From IMG/VR virus record IMGVR_UViG_3300017913_001079, positions 1-29,918 of that record: 29,918 nt of DNA; one strand, 5' to 3'. The DNA is from a virus. Taxonomy: Duplodnaviria; Caudoviricetes. How positions within the stretch are numbered: the first letter of the stretch is position 1; each line of letters opens with the position of its first letter. The position numbers were made by a program, and so were the translations under genes. Below are positions 8,347 through 17,556 of this stretch, piece after piece. The notes under the pieces were generated by a model, which ran no database searches, was not told where the DNA came from, and was given only the letters and a program-made list of their open reading frames with translations.

Positions 8347-8732
8347 GCAACCCATTTGACTACCTAAACGCAATCAACTATACAAAAGAGAACCTAGTGC
8401 ACGGTAGTAACAACGATGAGTTGGCCGAGCAAGGATATAACGCATTTGTTGTTAACCGTGGACTATCGTTCTTTCCTGACACAATTTTGTATGCAAATGA
8501 GATGAATATCAAGCACCAGCTAGATAAGAGTCTCCAATTTGACTATCTTATAAATAGTATTAGACCTAAGAAACGGTTCAGTAAGTGGCACAAGAAGATT
8601 TCTAACGAGGACTTCGAAGCTGTTCAGATGTACTACAAATGTAGTGATTCAAAAGCAGAGACAGTACTCAAAGTGTTAACTAGTGAGCAGTTGCAATGTA
8701 TAAAAGATAGACTACAAAGTTGTGAGGAATAA
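8343..8732 (+). CDS. gp62: clamp loader small subunit
   Basis: PFDYLNAIN, YNAFVVNRGLS..PDTILYANEMN and KKRFSKW, with the expected synteny. Confidence 0.92.
   Translation: MSNPFDYLNAINYTKENLVHGSNNDELAEQGYNAFVVNRGLSFFPDTILYANEMNIKHQLDKSLQFDYLINSIRPKKRFSKWHKKISNEDFEAVQMYYKCSDSKAETVLKVLTSEQLQCIKDRLQSCEE
8549..8556 (+). promoter_or_regulatory. possible T4-type late promoter inside gp62, upstream of regA
   Basis: Exact TATAAATA, but it lies in coding sequence (YLINS) and may be incidental. Confidence 0.4.
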
Positions 8733-8737
8733 TAATA

Positions 8738-9136
8738 ATGTCTATTGAGATTGAAGACCTCGTTGAGGTCAAGTTGAAGAGTGATGATGACTTCTTGAAA
8801 GTAAGAGAGACGCTTACACGTATTGGTGTAGCATCAATCAAAGATAAGAAGTTGTTTCAATCCTGTCATATTCTCCATAAACAAGGCAAATATTACATCG
8901 TTCATTTCAAAGAACTATTTGCACTTGATGGTAAACCTACTAACTTTTCTGAAGAAGACCAAGCACGTAGAAATACTATTGCTAATCTAATTGATCAGTG
9001 GGATCTGATCGATCTTGTGGATCATAGTAAGACAAGCGAGCAAGTTGCTCCTTTGAATCAAATTAAAGTACTGCCTTTCAAAGAAAAGAATGAGTGGGAA
9101 CTAATCGCTAAGTACAACATTGGTAGAAAAAGCTAA
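8738..9136 (+). CDS. regA: translational repressor RegA
   Basis: DDFLKVRETLTRIGVAS, QSCHILHKQGKYYIVHFKELFALDG and RRNTIA. Confidence 0.97.
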   Translation: MSIEIEDLVEVKLKSDDDFLKVRETLTRIGVASIKDKKLFQSCHILHKQGKYYIVHFKELFALDGKPTNFSEEDQARRNTIANLIDQWDLIDLVDHSKTSEQVAPLNQIKVLPFKEKNEWELIAKYNIGRKS

Positions 9137-9143
9137 TCAACTG

Positions 9144-9172
9144 TTGACTTGACACTCAAGTAATACTATATA
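9144..9172 (+). promoter_or_regulatory. sigma70-like promoter for hsp20
   Basis: Intergenic TTGACT(9144)-17 bp-TATATA(9167). Confidence 0.55.
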
Positions 9173-9176
9173 TTAC

Positions 9177-9238
9177 ATAGGATGCCGAATGGTCGGGTCC
9201 TATAACTATCTTGCCTAACAGGAGATAATAGTAACATG
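9177..9238 (+). promoter_or_regulatory. two-hairpin 5'UTR, ROSE-like RNA thermometer
   Basis: Hairpin 1 is ATAGGA-TG-CCGA-ATGG-TCGG-G-TCCTAT. Hairpin 2 is TATCT-TG-CCT-AAC-AGG-AGATA, which buries the SD AGGAG opposite a bulged G. Confidence 0.65.
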
Positions 9239-9643
9239 ACTAGAGTACAATCTTTATTCCCAAAGTCAGCTTTTATTGGTTTTGATCATCTTTTAGCTGA
9301 TATGGAGTATGCAACAACACATGCTAACGATCACTATCCGCCTCACAATATCATCAGAGATAGTGAAACGGAATATACAATCGAACTAGCAGTTGCAGGC
9401 TTTGCTAAGGATGATATCACAGTAACGCAAAAAGAGCGGTCACTGAAGATTACAGGCGAATACAAAACTAAAGGTCGTGATGTAGTACATCGTGGTATTT
9501 CAACACGAAACTTTAAACGTACATTCCGTCTGTCAGAGTATGTTCAAGTAACTGGAGCCTCTTTTCAAGATGGCCTACTTGCAGTAACATTGAAGTTGGA
9601 AATCCCAGAAGAGAAGCAGCCTCGTCAAATCAATATCGATTAA
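9236..9643 (+). CDS. hsp20: small heat shock protein Hsp20 (IbpA-like)
   Basis: FIGFD, YPPHNII, IELAVAGF, HRGISTRNF..TF.L, GLL.V.L...IPEEK.PR.I.I. Confidence 0.96.
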   Translation: MTRVQSLFPKSAFIGFDHLLADMEYATTHANDHYPPHNIIRDSETEYTIELAVAGFAKDDITVTQKERSLKITGEYKTKGRDVVHRGISTRNFKRTFRLSEYVQVTGASFQDGLLAVTLKLEIPEEKQPRQINID

Positions 9644-9656
9644 ACGAGGAAAACAA

Positions 9657-9743
9657 ATGACCGATATTCAAACAATTACAGCATTTGCAGCTGTAACTGT
9701 TGCAATGATGGCAACAATCCTTACACCACTTCTTAGTGTGTAA
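9657..9743 (+). CDS. 28-aa hydrophobic peptide
   Basis: SD GAGGA 6 nt upstream of ATG. Product MTDIQTITAFAAVTVAMMATILTPLLSV. Below the ORF-track cutoff. Confidence 0.55.
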   Translation: MTDIQTITAFAAVTVAMMATILTPLLSV

Positions 9744-9820
9744 TGGTTAAGTCAAAAGGCGCTCAGAACTTTTTCTGGAGTATCATTCTTTTGATTGCTA
9801 TTGTAGCAATGATTAAATAA
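9743..9820 (+). CDS. 25-aa single-TM peptide
   Basis: Coupled to the previous ORF by TAATG. Product MVKSKGAQNFFWSIILLIAIVAMIK. Confidence 0.45.
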   Translation: MVKSKGAQNFFWSIILLIAIVAMIK

Positions 9821-9825
9821 GTAAA

Positions 9826-9860
9826 GGCAGGGGCGTTCATCGCCCCTGTTGACTTTTTAT
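9826..9860 (+). terminator. intrinsic terminator after hsp20 unit
   Basis: GGCAGGGGCG-TTCAT-CGCCCCTGTT followed by GACTTTTTAT. Confidence 0.75.
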
Positions 9861-9877
9861 CGAAGGAGAACGATTAT
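9849..9877 (+). promoter_or_regulatory. putative early/middle promoter
   Basis: TTGACT-17-GATTAT; the same pattern occurs at 4014, 19857 and 20181. Confidence 0.5.
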
Positions 9878-9927
9878 GGGAGATAGTGATGAGCTATGGA
9901 CCGCAAGAAATAAGGAGATGGTATCCA

Positions 9928-10389
9928 ATGAGATTGTCTAAGAACTTTACATTACAAGAGTTTACAAAGAGCCAAACAGCTCTACGACTTGACATTGATA
10001 ATACACCACTACCAGAACATCTTGATGCAGCACGTCTATTGTTTGACACTGTCGTACAACCTGTTCGTGATCACTTTGGACCTACAGTAATTAACAGTGG
10101 TTATAGAGGACCTAAATTAAATGAAGCAGTTGGCGGAAGTAGTAAGAGTCAGCATTGCAAAGGTGAAGCGGTGGATATTGAAGTGCCTGGAGTACCCAAT
10201 GCCACCGTGGCTGAATGGATAAGAGATAACTGTGACTTTGATCAGTTGATTCTTGAGTTCTATACACCTGGTATCCCAGATAGTGGTTGGGTGCATGTAT
10301 CAGTTGCAAATGCTGAGAATCGTAAGTCTGTTCTTACCGCAATGAAAGAAGACGGTAAGACAGTTTACAAGCAAGGAATCATAGCTTGA
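9928..10389 (+). CDS. peptidase M15A family (Zn D-Ala-D-Ala peptidase; endolysin-like)
   Basis: LSKNFTLQEF.KS.TA, INSGYR...LN.AVGGS..SQH..GEAVD, FDQLILEF and WVHVS. SD AAGGAG at 9912. Confidence 0.9.
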   Translation: MRLSKNFTLQEFTKSQTALRLDIDNTPLPEHLDAARLLFDTVVQPVRDHFGPTVINSGYRGPKLNEAVGGSSKSQHCKGEAVDIEVPGVPNATVAEWIRDNCDFDQLILEFYTPGIPDSGWVHVSVANAENRKSVLTAMKEDGKTVYKQGIIA

Positions 10390-10754
10390 GTGATATAGTA
10401 CACGTGATAGCCTTTATTATAGGGCTACAAATGCCTACCGGTGTCGAAGAGGTTCTGGTACAGTTCCGTGGTCTTGATACAGTATATTATAGTAAGCAAG
10501 ATTGTGATGATGCTCTTGAAGAGTATGGTCAAGAACACATTATGAACGAGTTTCTATCTGGATTAAGAGATGATCCAGATATTGTTCCGTTTCCTAAGAG
10601 TATGCCATCGTGCGTGCTTTATGATATGAGGACTGGTCAGTATCCAGACTTTCCTCAGTTTGATGTACCCGTGAATAAACCTGATGATGGACAAGGCGTG
10701 AAGAATGACGGATTGGGACGACAGGTATCTGGACCTAGCGGAACACTTCGCTAG
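10386..10754 (+). CDS. hypothetical protein with hydrophobic N-terminus
   Basis: 122-aa ORF with a TTG start overlapping the peptidase stop; fills the intergenic gap. Confidence 0.6.
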   Translation: MSDIVHVIAFIIGLQMPTGVEEVLVQFRGLDTVYYSKQDCDDALEEYGQEHIMNEFLSGLRDDPDIVPFPKSMPSCVLYDMRTGQYPDFPQFDVPVNKPDDGQGVKNDGLGRQVSGPSGTLR

Positions 10755-11157
10755 TTGGTCTAAAGATCCTTCTTCTAAGATTGGTGCTATTGCCGTTGGT
10801 GAGCATGGACAGATTCTGTCTCAGGGCTACAACGGTTTCCCTCGTGGTGTAGAAGATACACTACATCGATGGCACGATAAGAAGATCAAATATGATTATG
10901 TTGTTCATGCAGAGAAGAATGTAATCTACAATGCATCCTTAAATGGTGTATCTCTAAAAGACTCAACTCTCTATGTGTTTGGTCTTCCCGTTTGTAATGA
11001 ATGTGCTAAAGCAATTGTGCAGGTTGGAATTAAACGTGTTGTCTTTAGAGCACCTCCGAAGGATAATGGATATATCAATTTGAAGTGGGAAAAGGCTTGG
11101 GCCGTGACCAAGTCTATCTTCCGTGAGGCTGGAGTAGACTTTAAACAATATGAGTAA
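10705..11157 (+). CDS. cd: dCMP deaminase
   Basis: WSKDPS.KIGA, GYNGFPRG, VVHAEKN and PVCNECAK (HAE plus PCxxC-type Zn site). Confidence 0.93.
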   Translation: MTDWDDRYLDLAEHFASWSKDPSSKIGAIAVGEHGQILSQGYNGFPRGVEDTLHRWHDKKIKYDYVVHAEKNVIYNASLNGVSLKDSTLYVFGLPVCNECAKAIVQVGIKRVVFRAPPKDNGYINLKWEKAWAVTKSIFREAGVDFKQYE

Positions 11158-13651
11158 GTTCTATACGTACTTTCACAAGTGGGGTAATGCCCTGTATGTT
11201 CGTGGATATGAGAATGGCGAACGGTTCAATGAGAAGATTGACTCTCATACTTGGCAACCATATGTTTACTTTCCTGTCCGTCAAGAAACACCACACAAGA
11301 CTCTCGATGGTGTAAATGTTAAGCAGTTTCACTTTGACGACATCAAGACCGCACAAAATAAGATCAAAGAGTATAATGAAGTAGCTAACCAGACATACTA
11401 TGGTTCGACTAACTGGGCGTATGTGTATATTAATGAACACTTCCCTCAAGATATCGAATACGATGTTGATCTGATCAAGACTGCTACTATTGATATTGAG
11501 ACCATGTCGGAAGATGGTTTCCCTAAGATTGATACAGCAGACCAAGCTATCATTTGTATCTCTCTACGCTGTAAAGGTAAGACATACGTATTTGCTCATC
11601 AAGACTATGTTCCGAATCGTAAGGATGTTCTATTCATCCGTTGTAAGGATGAGATCGATATGCTGTATAAGTTTATCGACTTGTGGCGTGAGCTAGACAT
11701 TGACGTTATCACTGGCTGGAACATCGAGTTCTTTGATATGCCATACATCATCAACCGTATCAAACGATTGATTGGAGATAAGGCTGCCGAACGTCTCTCT
11801 CCTTGTGGACAGATCCAACAACGTGAAGTTCGTGGTTTCGATACAAAGATCTACGTTATCAACGGTATCGCTATCCTCGACTATCTACAAATGTATCGTA
11901 AGTTCTCCTACAAGATGGTTGAGAGCTACAAGCTAGACAATATCGCACACGAAGAGCTCGGCGAGAAGAAACTTGACTACTCTGAGTTTGACTCCTTGCA
12001 CCTACTATATAAACATGACTTCCAAAAGTTTGTAGACTACAACATCGTTGACGTTGATCTTGTTGAACGCCTAGACGACAAGCTGAAGATGATCGAGCAA
12101 GTGCTCGCTATTGCTTATGATGGCAAGTCTAACTATACCGATGCTTTCACTACTGTGCGTATGTGGGATACAATCATTCACAACTATCTGTCTAAACAGA
12201 ATATTGTTGTTCCTGGTCGTAACGATGCGACGAAAGAGCGTCGTATTGAAGGCGCTTATGTGAAGGACCCTCAAGTTGGTATTCATAACTGGGTTGTATC
12301 TTTTGACTTGAATAGTCTGTATCCTCACTTGATTATGCAATACAATATCTCACCTGAGATGTTTGCTGGTAAGTATGACGAGTTTCCTGACGTATCGCAA
12401 GTTGCTCGTGGTGAGATGATTATCAATAACACCGAGTATGCTGTGTGTGGTAAAGGCACCTACTTCCGCAAGGACAAGAAAGGCTTCCTTCCAGAGCTGA
12501 TGCAGTCGATGTATAACGACCGTGTTAAGTTCAAGAACAAGATGCTTGACGCTAAACAAGAATACGAGAAGAGCCCATCTCGTGACTTGGAGAAAGCTAT
12601 CGCTCAGAACAACAACATGCAAATGGCTAAGAAGATTCAGTTGAATAGTGCTTATGGTGCGTTATCTAACGAGTACTTCCGCTTCTTCTCTAACGACTTG
12701 GCTGAGTCGATTACGCTATCTGGTCAGCTGTCTATTCGCTGGGCTGAACGTAAGATCAATGAGTATTTGAACAAACTACTTGAGTCGGATGATGAAGACT
12801 TTGTTCTTGCTGTTGATACTGACTCTCTATACATCACGATGGACAAACTTGTCCAGAAAGTATTCCCTGATGGTGGTGATACTGAACAGATCATCGACTG
12901 GCTCGACAAGGTATGTGAGCAAAAGCTCGAACCATATCTCGATAAGTCATACAACCAACTTGCTGAGTATACAAACTCATACGAACAGAAGATGGTTATG
13001 AAACGTGAGTGTCTTGCTGACAAGGGTATCTGGGTTGCAAAGAAACGATACATCCTACAGGTCCATGATCTTGAAGGTGTACGATACTCTGAACCTCAAT
13101 TGAAGATGATGGGTATTGAAGCTGTACGTAGTTCAACACCAACTTCTTGTCGTGAGAACATTAAGAAAGCGCTAAATATAATTATGAATAAGGATAACGA
13201 TGAACTTAATAAGTTTGTACGGTTATTCCGAACTGAGTTTGGTACTTCTGACTTTGAAGATATTGCATTCCCTCGCAGTGTTAATAAACTAGATCATTAT
13301 ATTGATGGTGTACAAGATTATCGAAAGGGTACACCTATTCACGTTAAAGGTGCTATCGTTTACAACAGATTCCTCAAGGAACAGGGTAAAGATAAGCAAT
13401 ATATGACTGTCAAAGATGGTGATAAAGGTAAGTTTACATATATGAAGTTACCTAATCCTATGAGGGTTCATGTGATGACTACACCTGGTACATTGCCACG
13501 TGAGTTTGGCTTGGAGAAGTATATTGATTATGATAAGCAATATGAGAAGGCTTTCATTGAGCCGTTGAACAATATCGTTGAAAACATTGGTTGGAAAATT
13601 CAACTAGACCAACCACAACTAACATTTGAGGACTTGTTAAATGGCAATTAA
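11150..13651 (+). CDS. gp43: family B DNA polymerase
   Basis: Exonuclease motifs DIET, GWNIEFFD and YNIVDV; polymerase motifs SFDLNSLYP, KIQLNSAYG, DTDS and KKRY. Uninterrupted 833 aa. Confidence 0.98.
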   Translation: MSKFYTYFHKWGNALYVRGYENGERFNEKIDSHTWQPYVYFPVRQETPHKTLDGVNVKQFHFDDIKTAQNKIKEYNEVANQTYYGSTNWAYVYINEHFPQDIEYDVDLIKTATIDIETMSEDGFPKIDTADQAIICISLRCKGKTYVFAHQDYVPNRKDVLFIRCKDEIDMLYKFIDLWRELDIDVITGWNIEFFDMPYIINRIKRLIGDKAAERLSPCGQIQQREVRGFDTKIYVINGIAILDYLQMYRKFSYKMVESYKLDNIAHEELGEKKLDYSEFDSLHLLYKHDFQKFVDYNIVDVDLVERLDDKLKMIEQVLAIAYDGKSNYTDAFTTVRMWDTIIHNYLSKQNIVVPGRNDATKERRIEGAYVKDPQVGIHNWVVSFDLNSLYPHLIMQYNISPEMFAGKYDEFPDVSQVARGEMIINNTEYAVCGKGTYFRKDKKGFLPELMQSMYNDRVKFKNKMLDAKQEYEKSPSRDLEKAIAQNNNMQMAKKIQLNSAYGALSNEYFRFFSNDLAESITLSGQLSIRWAERKINEYLNKLLESDDEDFVLAVDTDSLYITMDKLVQKVFPDGGDTEQIIDWLDKVCEQKLEPYLDKSYNQLAEYTNSYEQKMVMKRECLADKGIWVAKKRYILQVHDLEGVRYSEPQLKMMGIEAVRSSTPTSCRENIKKALNIIMNKDNDELNKFVRLFRTEFGTSDFEDIAFPRSVNKLDHYIDGVQDYRKGTPIHVKGAIVYNRFLKEQGKDKQYMTVKDGDKGKFTYMKLPNPMRVHVMTTPGTLPREFGLEKYIDYDKQYEKAFIEPLNNIVENIGWKIQLDQPQLTFEDLLNGN

Positions 13652-13940
13652 GATTCCACAAGAGTATTTGTCTACAGATTATGATTTTGGTTTCTCTGGT
13701 ATCAGTGAAGCTGACTATAATAATCAGATCCAATCCACAGCTAATGAAACTGCTACACAAGTTGCAACAGAAACAGCAGAAGTTTACAAACGTAAGCTCG
13801 CAGATGTTGAGAGACTAATGATGCCTTTGCTAGTCAATCTACTAAAGACATCTGATAAAGAATACATCCATTGGCCAAACCGTAGTTCGCAGCTTGAAGA
13901 TAAGATCGAGCAGCTACTTGCTATCACACGAGACGACTAA
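13641..13940 (+). CDS. conserved T4-like hypothetical protein
   Basis: DYDFGFS...MPLLVNLLK...KEYIHWPNR; overlaps the gp43 stop. Confidence 0.75.
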   Translation: MAIKIPQEYLSTDYDFGFSGISEADYNNQIQSTANETATQVATETAEVYKRKLADVERLMMPLLVNLLKTSDKEYIHWPNRSSQLEDKIEQLLAITRDD

Positions 13941-14851
13941 TGCAGGCTTATTTTGCTTTGTGTGTAGCTATTGCAATCGCTGCTGTTGCTGCATGGTATA
14001 GTATTGTAGGACTAATGGCAATCTTTGCTGCAGCTGCTATTCCAATTGCTATCATGGGTAGTGTATTGGAAGTTGGTAAACTAGTTACGGCAAGTTGGTT
14101 GTATAACAATTGGAATAAGACACCTCTACTATTGAAGTCATATTTGACAGCAGCAGTAGTAGTGTTAATGCTAATCACATCAATGGGTATCTTTGGATTC
14201 TTATCCAAGGCACACATTGACCAAGGTATAGGAAGTGGTGATGCCTCGGCTAAGATCGAACGACTGGATACAGCTATCGAAAGCAATAGACGTGAGGTGG
14301 AGCGCGCCCAAAGAACGCTTGACGCCTTTGACGCGACGCTTGACCGTTACACTTCATTGGGGTACGTTACTCGTGGCCTCGATGCGCGCAAGGAACAAGC
14401 GGAAGAACGTGAAGCAATGCGTGATATCATCGAGAAGGCAGAAACAGAGAACGATAAGCTATATAACAAGAGGGCCGAGCTTGCAAGCGAAGTCCGAGCG
14501 TTTGAAGTTGAAGTCGGTCCGATCAAATATATTGCAGAGTTGATCTACGGCGAAGATAAAGGAAATCTAGATGAAGCTGTTAGGGCTGTTATCCTGCTTC
14601 TTATTTTTGTATTCGATCCTTTGGCTGTTCTCCTTCTTATAGCAGCAAACCAATCATTGGCTGAGCAAAATCGACATAAACGAATCATGAATGTTGTCGA
14701 TGAGGTAATGGAAGAAGATAAAGAAGTACTTGCTGCATTAGAAGATGATGAAGATAGAGATGGCGAAACAAGTAGAGCAGCTAGAAAAAGACCAAAAGAT
14801 TGGTTAGTAGGTAAATTAGTTGTTGACAAAGATAACGTTTCCAAGTTATAA
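13940..14851 (+). CDS. membrane protein, 3 N-terminal TM helices + coiled coil + C-terminal TM
   Basis: Hydrophobic residues 1-88, heptad-rich middle, then EVGPIKYIAE...IFVFDPLAVLLLIA. Confidence 0.8.
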   Translation: MQAYFALCVAIAIAAVAAWYSIVGLMAIFAAAAIPIAIMGSVLEVGKLVTASWLYNNWNKTPLLLKSYLTAAVVVLMLITSMGIFGFLSKAHIDQGIGSGDASAKIERLDTAIESNRREVERAQRTLDAFDATLDRYTSLGYVTRGLDARKEQAEEREAMRDIIEKAETENDKLYNKRAELASEVRAFEVEVGPIKYIAELIYGEDKGNLDEAVRAVILLLIFVFDPLAVLLLIAANQSLAEQNRHKRIMNVVDEVMEEDKEVLAALEDDEDRDGETSRAARKRPKDWLVGKLVVDKDNVSKL

Positions 14852-14852
14852 T
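14823..14852 (+). promoter_or_regulatory. consensus sigma70 promoter for uvsX-gp41
   Basis: TTGACA-18 bp-TATAAT, then SD AGGAG and ATG 14875. Confidence 0.75.
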
Positions 14853-14874
14853 CCGCATATTATAGGAGTTTATT

Positions 14875-15960
14875 ATGAGTAATTTTTTCAATGATCTAGT
14901 AGAGAAGATCAAAGATGACGACACACATATTGTTGCTGATGGACTGGGCAGTGCAGAGTTTAGTGGGTATATTGACACTGGTTCTTACATTCTTAATGCT
15001 GTTCTATCTGGTAGCATTTATGGTGGTGTTCCTAATAATAAGGTTACTGCTTTCGCTGGCGAGCAGGCTACAGGTAAGACCTTCTTTGCAATGGGTGTCG
15101 TCCAACAGTTTCTTAACGATAACCCTGACGGTGGTGTTATCTATTTTGATACTGAAGCTGCTGTTACTCGTGATATGATGGAAAGCCGAGGCATTGACAC
15201 GACACGTGTTATTGTCTCGGAACCAGATACTATTCAAAAGTTCCGTACCGTATGTCTGAATATCATTGACAAGTATACTGACACGCCTGAGAAACAACGT
15301 AAGCCAATGCTTATGGTTCTCGATAGTCTGGGTCAGTTGTCATCTTCGAAAGAGATGGAAGATACTGCCGATGGTAAAGACACACGTGACATGACCAAAG
15401 CACAGCTGATCAAAGCTACATTCCGAGTTATTAACTTGAAGCTAGCTAAGATTGGTGTGCCCCTCATTGTAACCAACCACGTATACGCTGCTGTTGGTTC
15501 ATATATCCCCACAAACGAGATTGCAGGTGGTAGTGGTCTGAAGTACACAGCTTCTACAATTGCAATGTTGACGAAGAAGAAAGATAAAGATGGTACTGAT
15601 GTTATCGGTAACATCATCAAAGTGACTATGTATAAGTCACGTCTTTCGAAAGAGAACAAACGAGTCGAAGTTAAGTTGTCCTATAAGACTGGCTTGGATC
15701 GTTACTATGGTTTGCTTGAGCTTGCTGAGAAGTATGGTATCTTCAAGAAGGTATCTACACGCTATGAGTTGAGTGATGGCCGTAAGGTGTTCTCTAAAAC
15801 AATCTACGAGAATCCAGAAGAATACTTTACTAGAGACGTTTTGGATCTGATCGATAAAGCAGCCAAGAAAGAGTTTGCATATGGTGAAGAAGACTCCGAT
15901 ACAGATGTGGAGACGGAATATGAATCGGGTAATACCTCATTATCAGATAACGGAGAATAA
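14875..15960 (+). CDS. uvsX: RecA-like recombinase UvsX
   Basis: IDTGSYILNA, AGEQATGKT, YFDTE, VLDSLG, TNHVY and GGSGLKY. Confidence 0.95.
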   Translation: MSNFFNDLVEKIKDDDTHIVADGLGSAEFSGYIDTGSYILNAVLSGSIYGGVPNNKVTAFAGEQATGKTFFAMGVVQQFLNDNPDGGVIYFDTEAAVTRDMMESRGIDTTRVIVSEPDTIQKFRTVCLNIIDKYTDTPEKQRKPMLMVLDSLGQLSSSKEMEDTADGKDTRDMTKAQLIKATFRVINLKLAKIGVPLIVTNHVYAAVGSYIPTNEIAGGSGLKYTASTIAMLTKKKDKDGTDVIGNIIKVTMYKSRLSKENKRVEVKLSYKTGLDRYYGLLELAEKYGIFKKVSTRYELSDGRKVFSKTIYENPEEYFTRDVLDLIDKAAKKEFAYGEEDSDTDVETEYESGNTSLSDNGE

Positions 15961-16180
15961 AAAGGACTTTCCTGAATGGGGCGTTCGTATTCTCTCAGGT
16001 GACTTTGCAGATATAGAGTTTGTTGTTGACCGTATCGGTATCCCCGAGCAGGTCGAAGAAGATGATACTCCTGTTGCTGTAAAGATTGAGTATACATTAT
16101 TGCAGGGCGAATGTCCTGCCGGTGAAAGTGTTCGTCTTACACAGACGATTGGTTGGATCATTGAGGACATTATTGAGTGA
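15920..16180 (+). CDS. small acidic protein at the T4 gp40 position
   Basis: 86 aa between uvsX and gp41. Similarity to gp40 is inferred from position only. Confidence 0.6.
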   Translation: MNRVIPHYQITENKKDFPEWGVRILSGDFADIEFVVDRIGIPEQVEEDDTPVAVKIEYTLLQGECPAGESVRLTQTIGWIIEDIIE

Positions 16181-17556
16181 TTGAAAATAAGATTCTGAGT
16201 AACCTTGTATACAATGAAACGTATGCGAGGGCTGTTATTCCTTTCCTACAGCCTGAATACTTTCAAGGGTTTGGCGATAAGACTGTCTTTGAGACTATCG
16301 CTAAACACTATGTAAAGTACAACACAGTGCCGACTGTAGAGTCATTGTCTATTGACGTTGATTCTATGGGTCTTAATGAGAACTTGTTTAAGCAGGCTCT
16401 TGATACCATTGAGATGTTGGATGAGAAGGCATACGAAGATAGTCAGTGGCTAGTTGATCAGACAGAGAAGTTCTGTCAAGAGAAAGCTGTATACAATGCT
16501 GTGATGGAGTCTATTGAGATTCTTGATGGCAAGACCAACGAAACAAAGACATCCATTCCTGATCTGTTGAGCAAAGCTCTTGGTGTGTCATTTGACCAAC
16601 ATATTGGCCATGACTTTATTGAGAATGCTGACTCTCGTTACGAGTCTTATCACAAAGTAGATAAGAAGGTAGACTTTGATCTGAAGTATCTTAATGCTGT
16701 GACCAATGGTGGGTTCAGTGAGAAGTCATTGAATGTTATCCTTGCTGGTACAGGTGCTGGTAAGTCACTTGCAATGTGTCATATGGCATCACATAACTTG
16801 AAGATGCATAAGAATGTATTGTACATTACTATGGAAATGTCTGAAGAAGCGATTGCTAAGCGTATTGATGCCAACCTGCTTGATAAGGCTTATGATACCA
16901 TTGACAAGTTGCCTAAAGAGACATATGAGAAGCTGATTGATGGTCTGAAGACTAAGACTAAAGGTCGTCTGATTATCAAGGAATATCCTACTGCAGCTGC
17001 ACACTCTTTGCACTTCAAGACTCTATTGAAAGAGCTTGAGATGAAGAAAAAGTTCAAGCCAGATATCATCTATATTGACTATATCAACATCTGTGCTTCA
17101 TCTCGTCTGAAAGGCAATGTTACAGCTAACTCATATACAATCGTTAAGGCTATTGCTGAGGAGCTTCGTGGGTTGGCTGTAGAGACTGGTGTTCCTATTG
17201 TCACAGCAACACAGACTAACCGGGCTGGTTATGATAGTAGTGATGTTGATCTAACAAATACTTCTGAGTCATTTGGCTTGCCAGCTACTGCAGACTTTAT
17301 GATTGCATTGATGCGTTCTGAAGAGTTGGATCAACGTGGTCAAGTACAGTTTAAGCAGCTGAAGAATCGTTATGCTGATCCATCTGTTAACCGTAGGTTT
17401 GTAGTAGGTGTTGATCTGAGCAAGTTTAGATTATATGATGTTGAAGATGAAGCACAAGATCTGAATGATAGCAATACAGCTATTCCAGATACACCAATCA
17501 TGGATGATATGACATTCAGAGACTCAAAACCTAAGTGGGGAGGTATGAAGATATGA
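16177..17556 (+). CDS. gp41: replicative DnaB-like helicase
   Basis: LAGTGAGKSL, YITMEM, IKEYPT, IDYINI, AEELRGLA, ATQTNR, SESFGLPATAD and KQLKNRY. GTG start. Confidence 0.97.
   Translation: MIENKILSNLVYNETYARAVIPFLQPEYFQGFGDKTVFETIAKHYVKYNTVPTVESLSIDVDSMGLNENLFKQALDTIEMLDEKAYEDSQWLVDQTEKFCQEKAVYNAVMESIEILDGKTNETKTSIPDLLSKALGVSFDQHIGHDFIENADSRYESYHKVDKKVDFDLKYLNAVTNGGFSEKSLNVILAGTGAGKSLAMCHMASHNLKMHKNVLYITMEMSEEAIAKRIDANLLDKAYDTIDKLPKETYEKLIDGLKTKTKGRLIIKEYPTAAAHSLHFKTLLKELEMKKKFKPDIIYIDYINICASSRLKGNVTANSYTIVKAIAEELRGLAVETGVPIVTATQTNRAGYDSSDVDLTNTSESFGLPATADFMIALMRSEELDQRGQVQFKQLKNRYADPSVNRRFVVGVDLSKFRLYDVEDEAQDLNDSNTAIPDTPIMDDMTFRDSKPKWGGMKI

Noticed and set aside
9876-9941. 21-aa ORF MGDSDELWTARNKEMVSNEIV with SD AAGGAG
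   Set aside because: Very short and overlapping the peptidase start. Its SD lies inside a putative promoter spacer just after a terminator, so it cannot be supported without conservation data.
11150-17556. Inteins or introns in gp43, uvsX and gp41; altered polymerase motif C (AVDTDS)
   Set aside because: Lengths are normal and motifs contiguous. Variation before DTDS is common in T4-like polymerases, so it is no evidence of modified-base specialisation.
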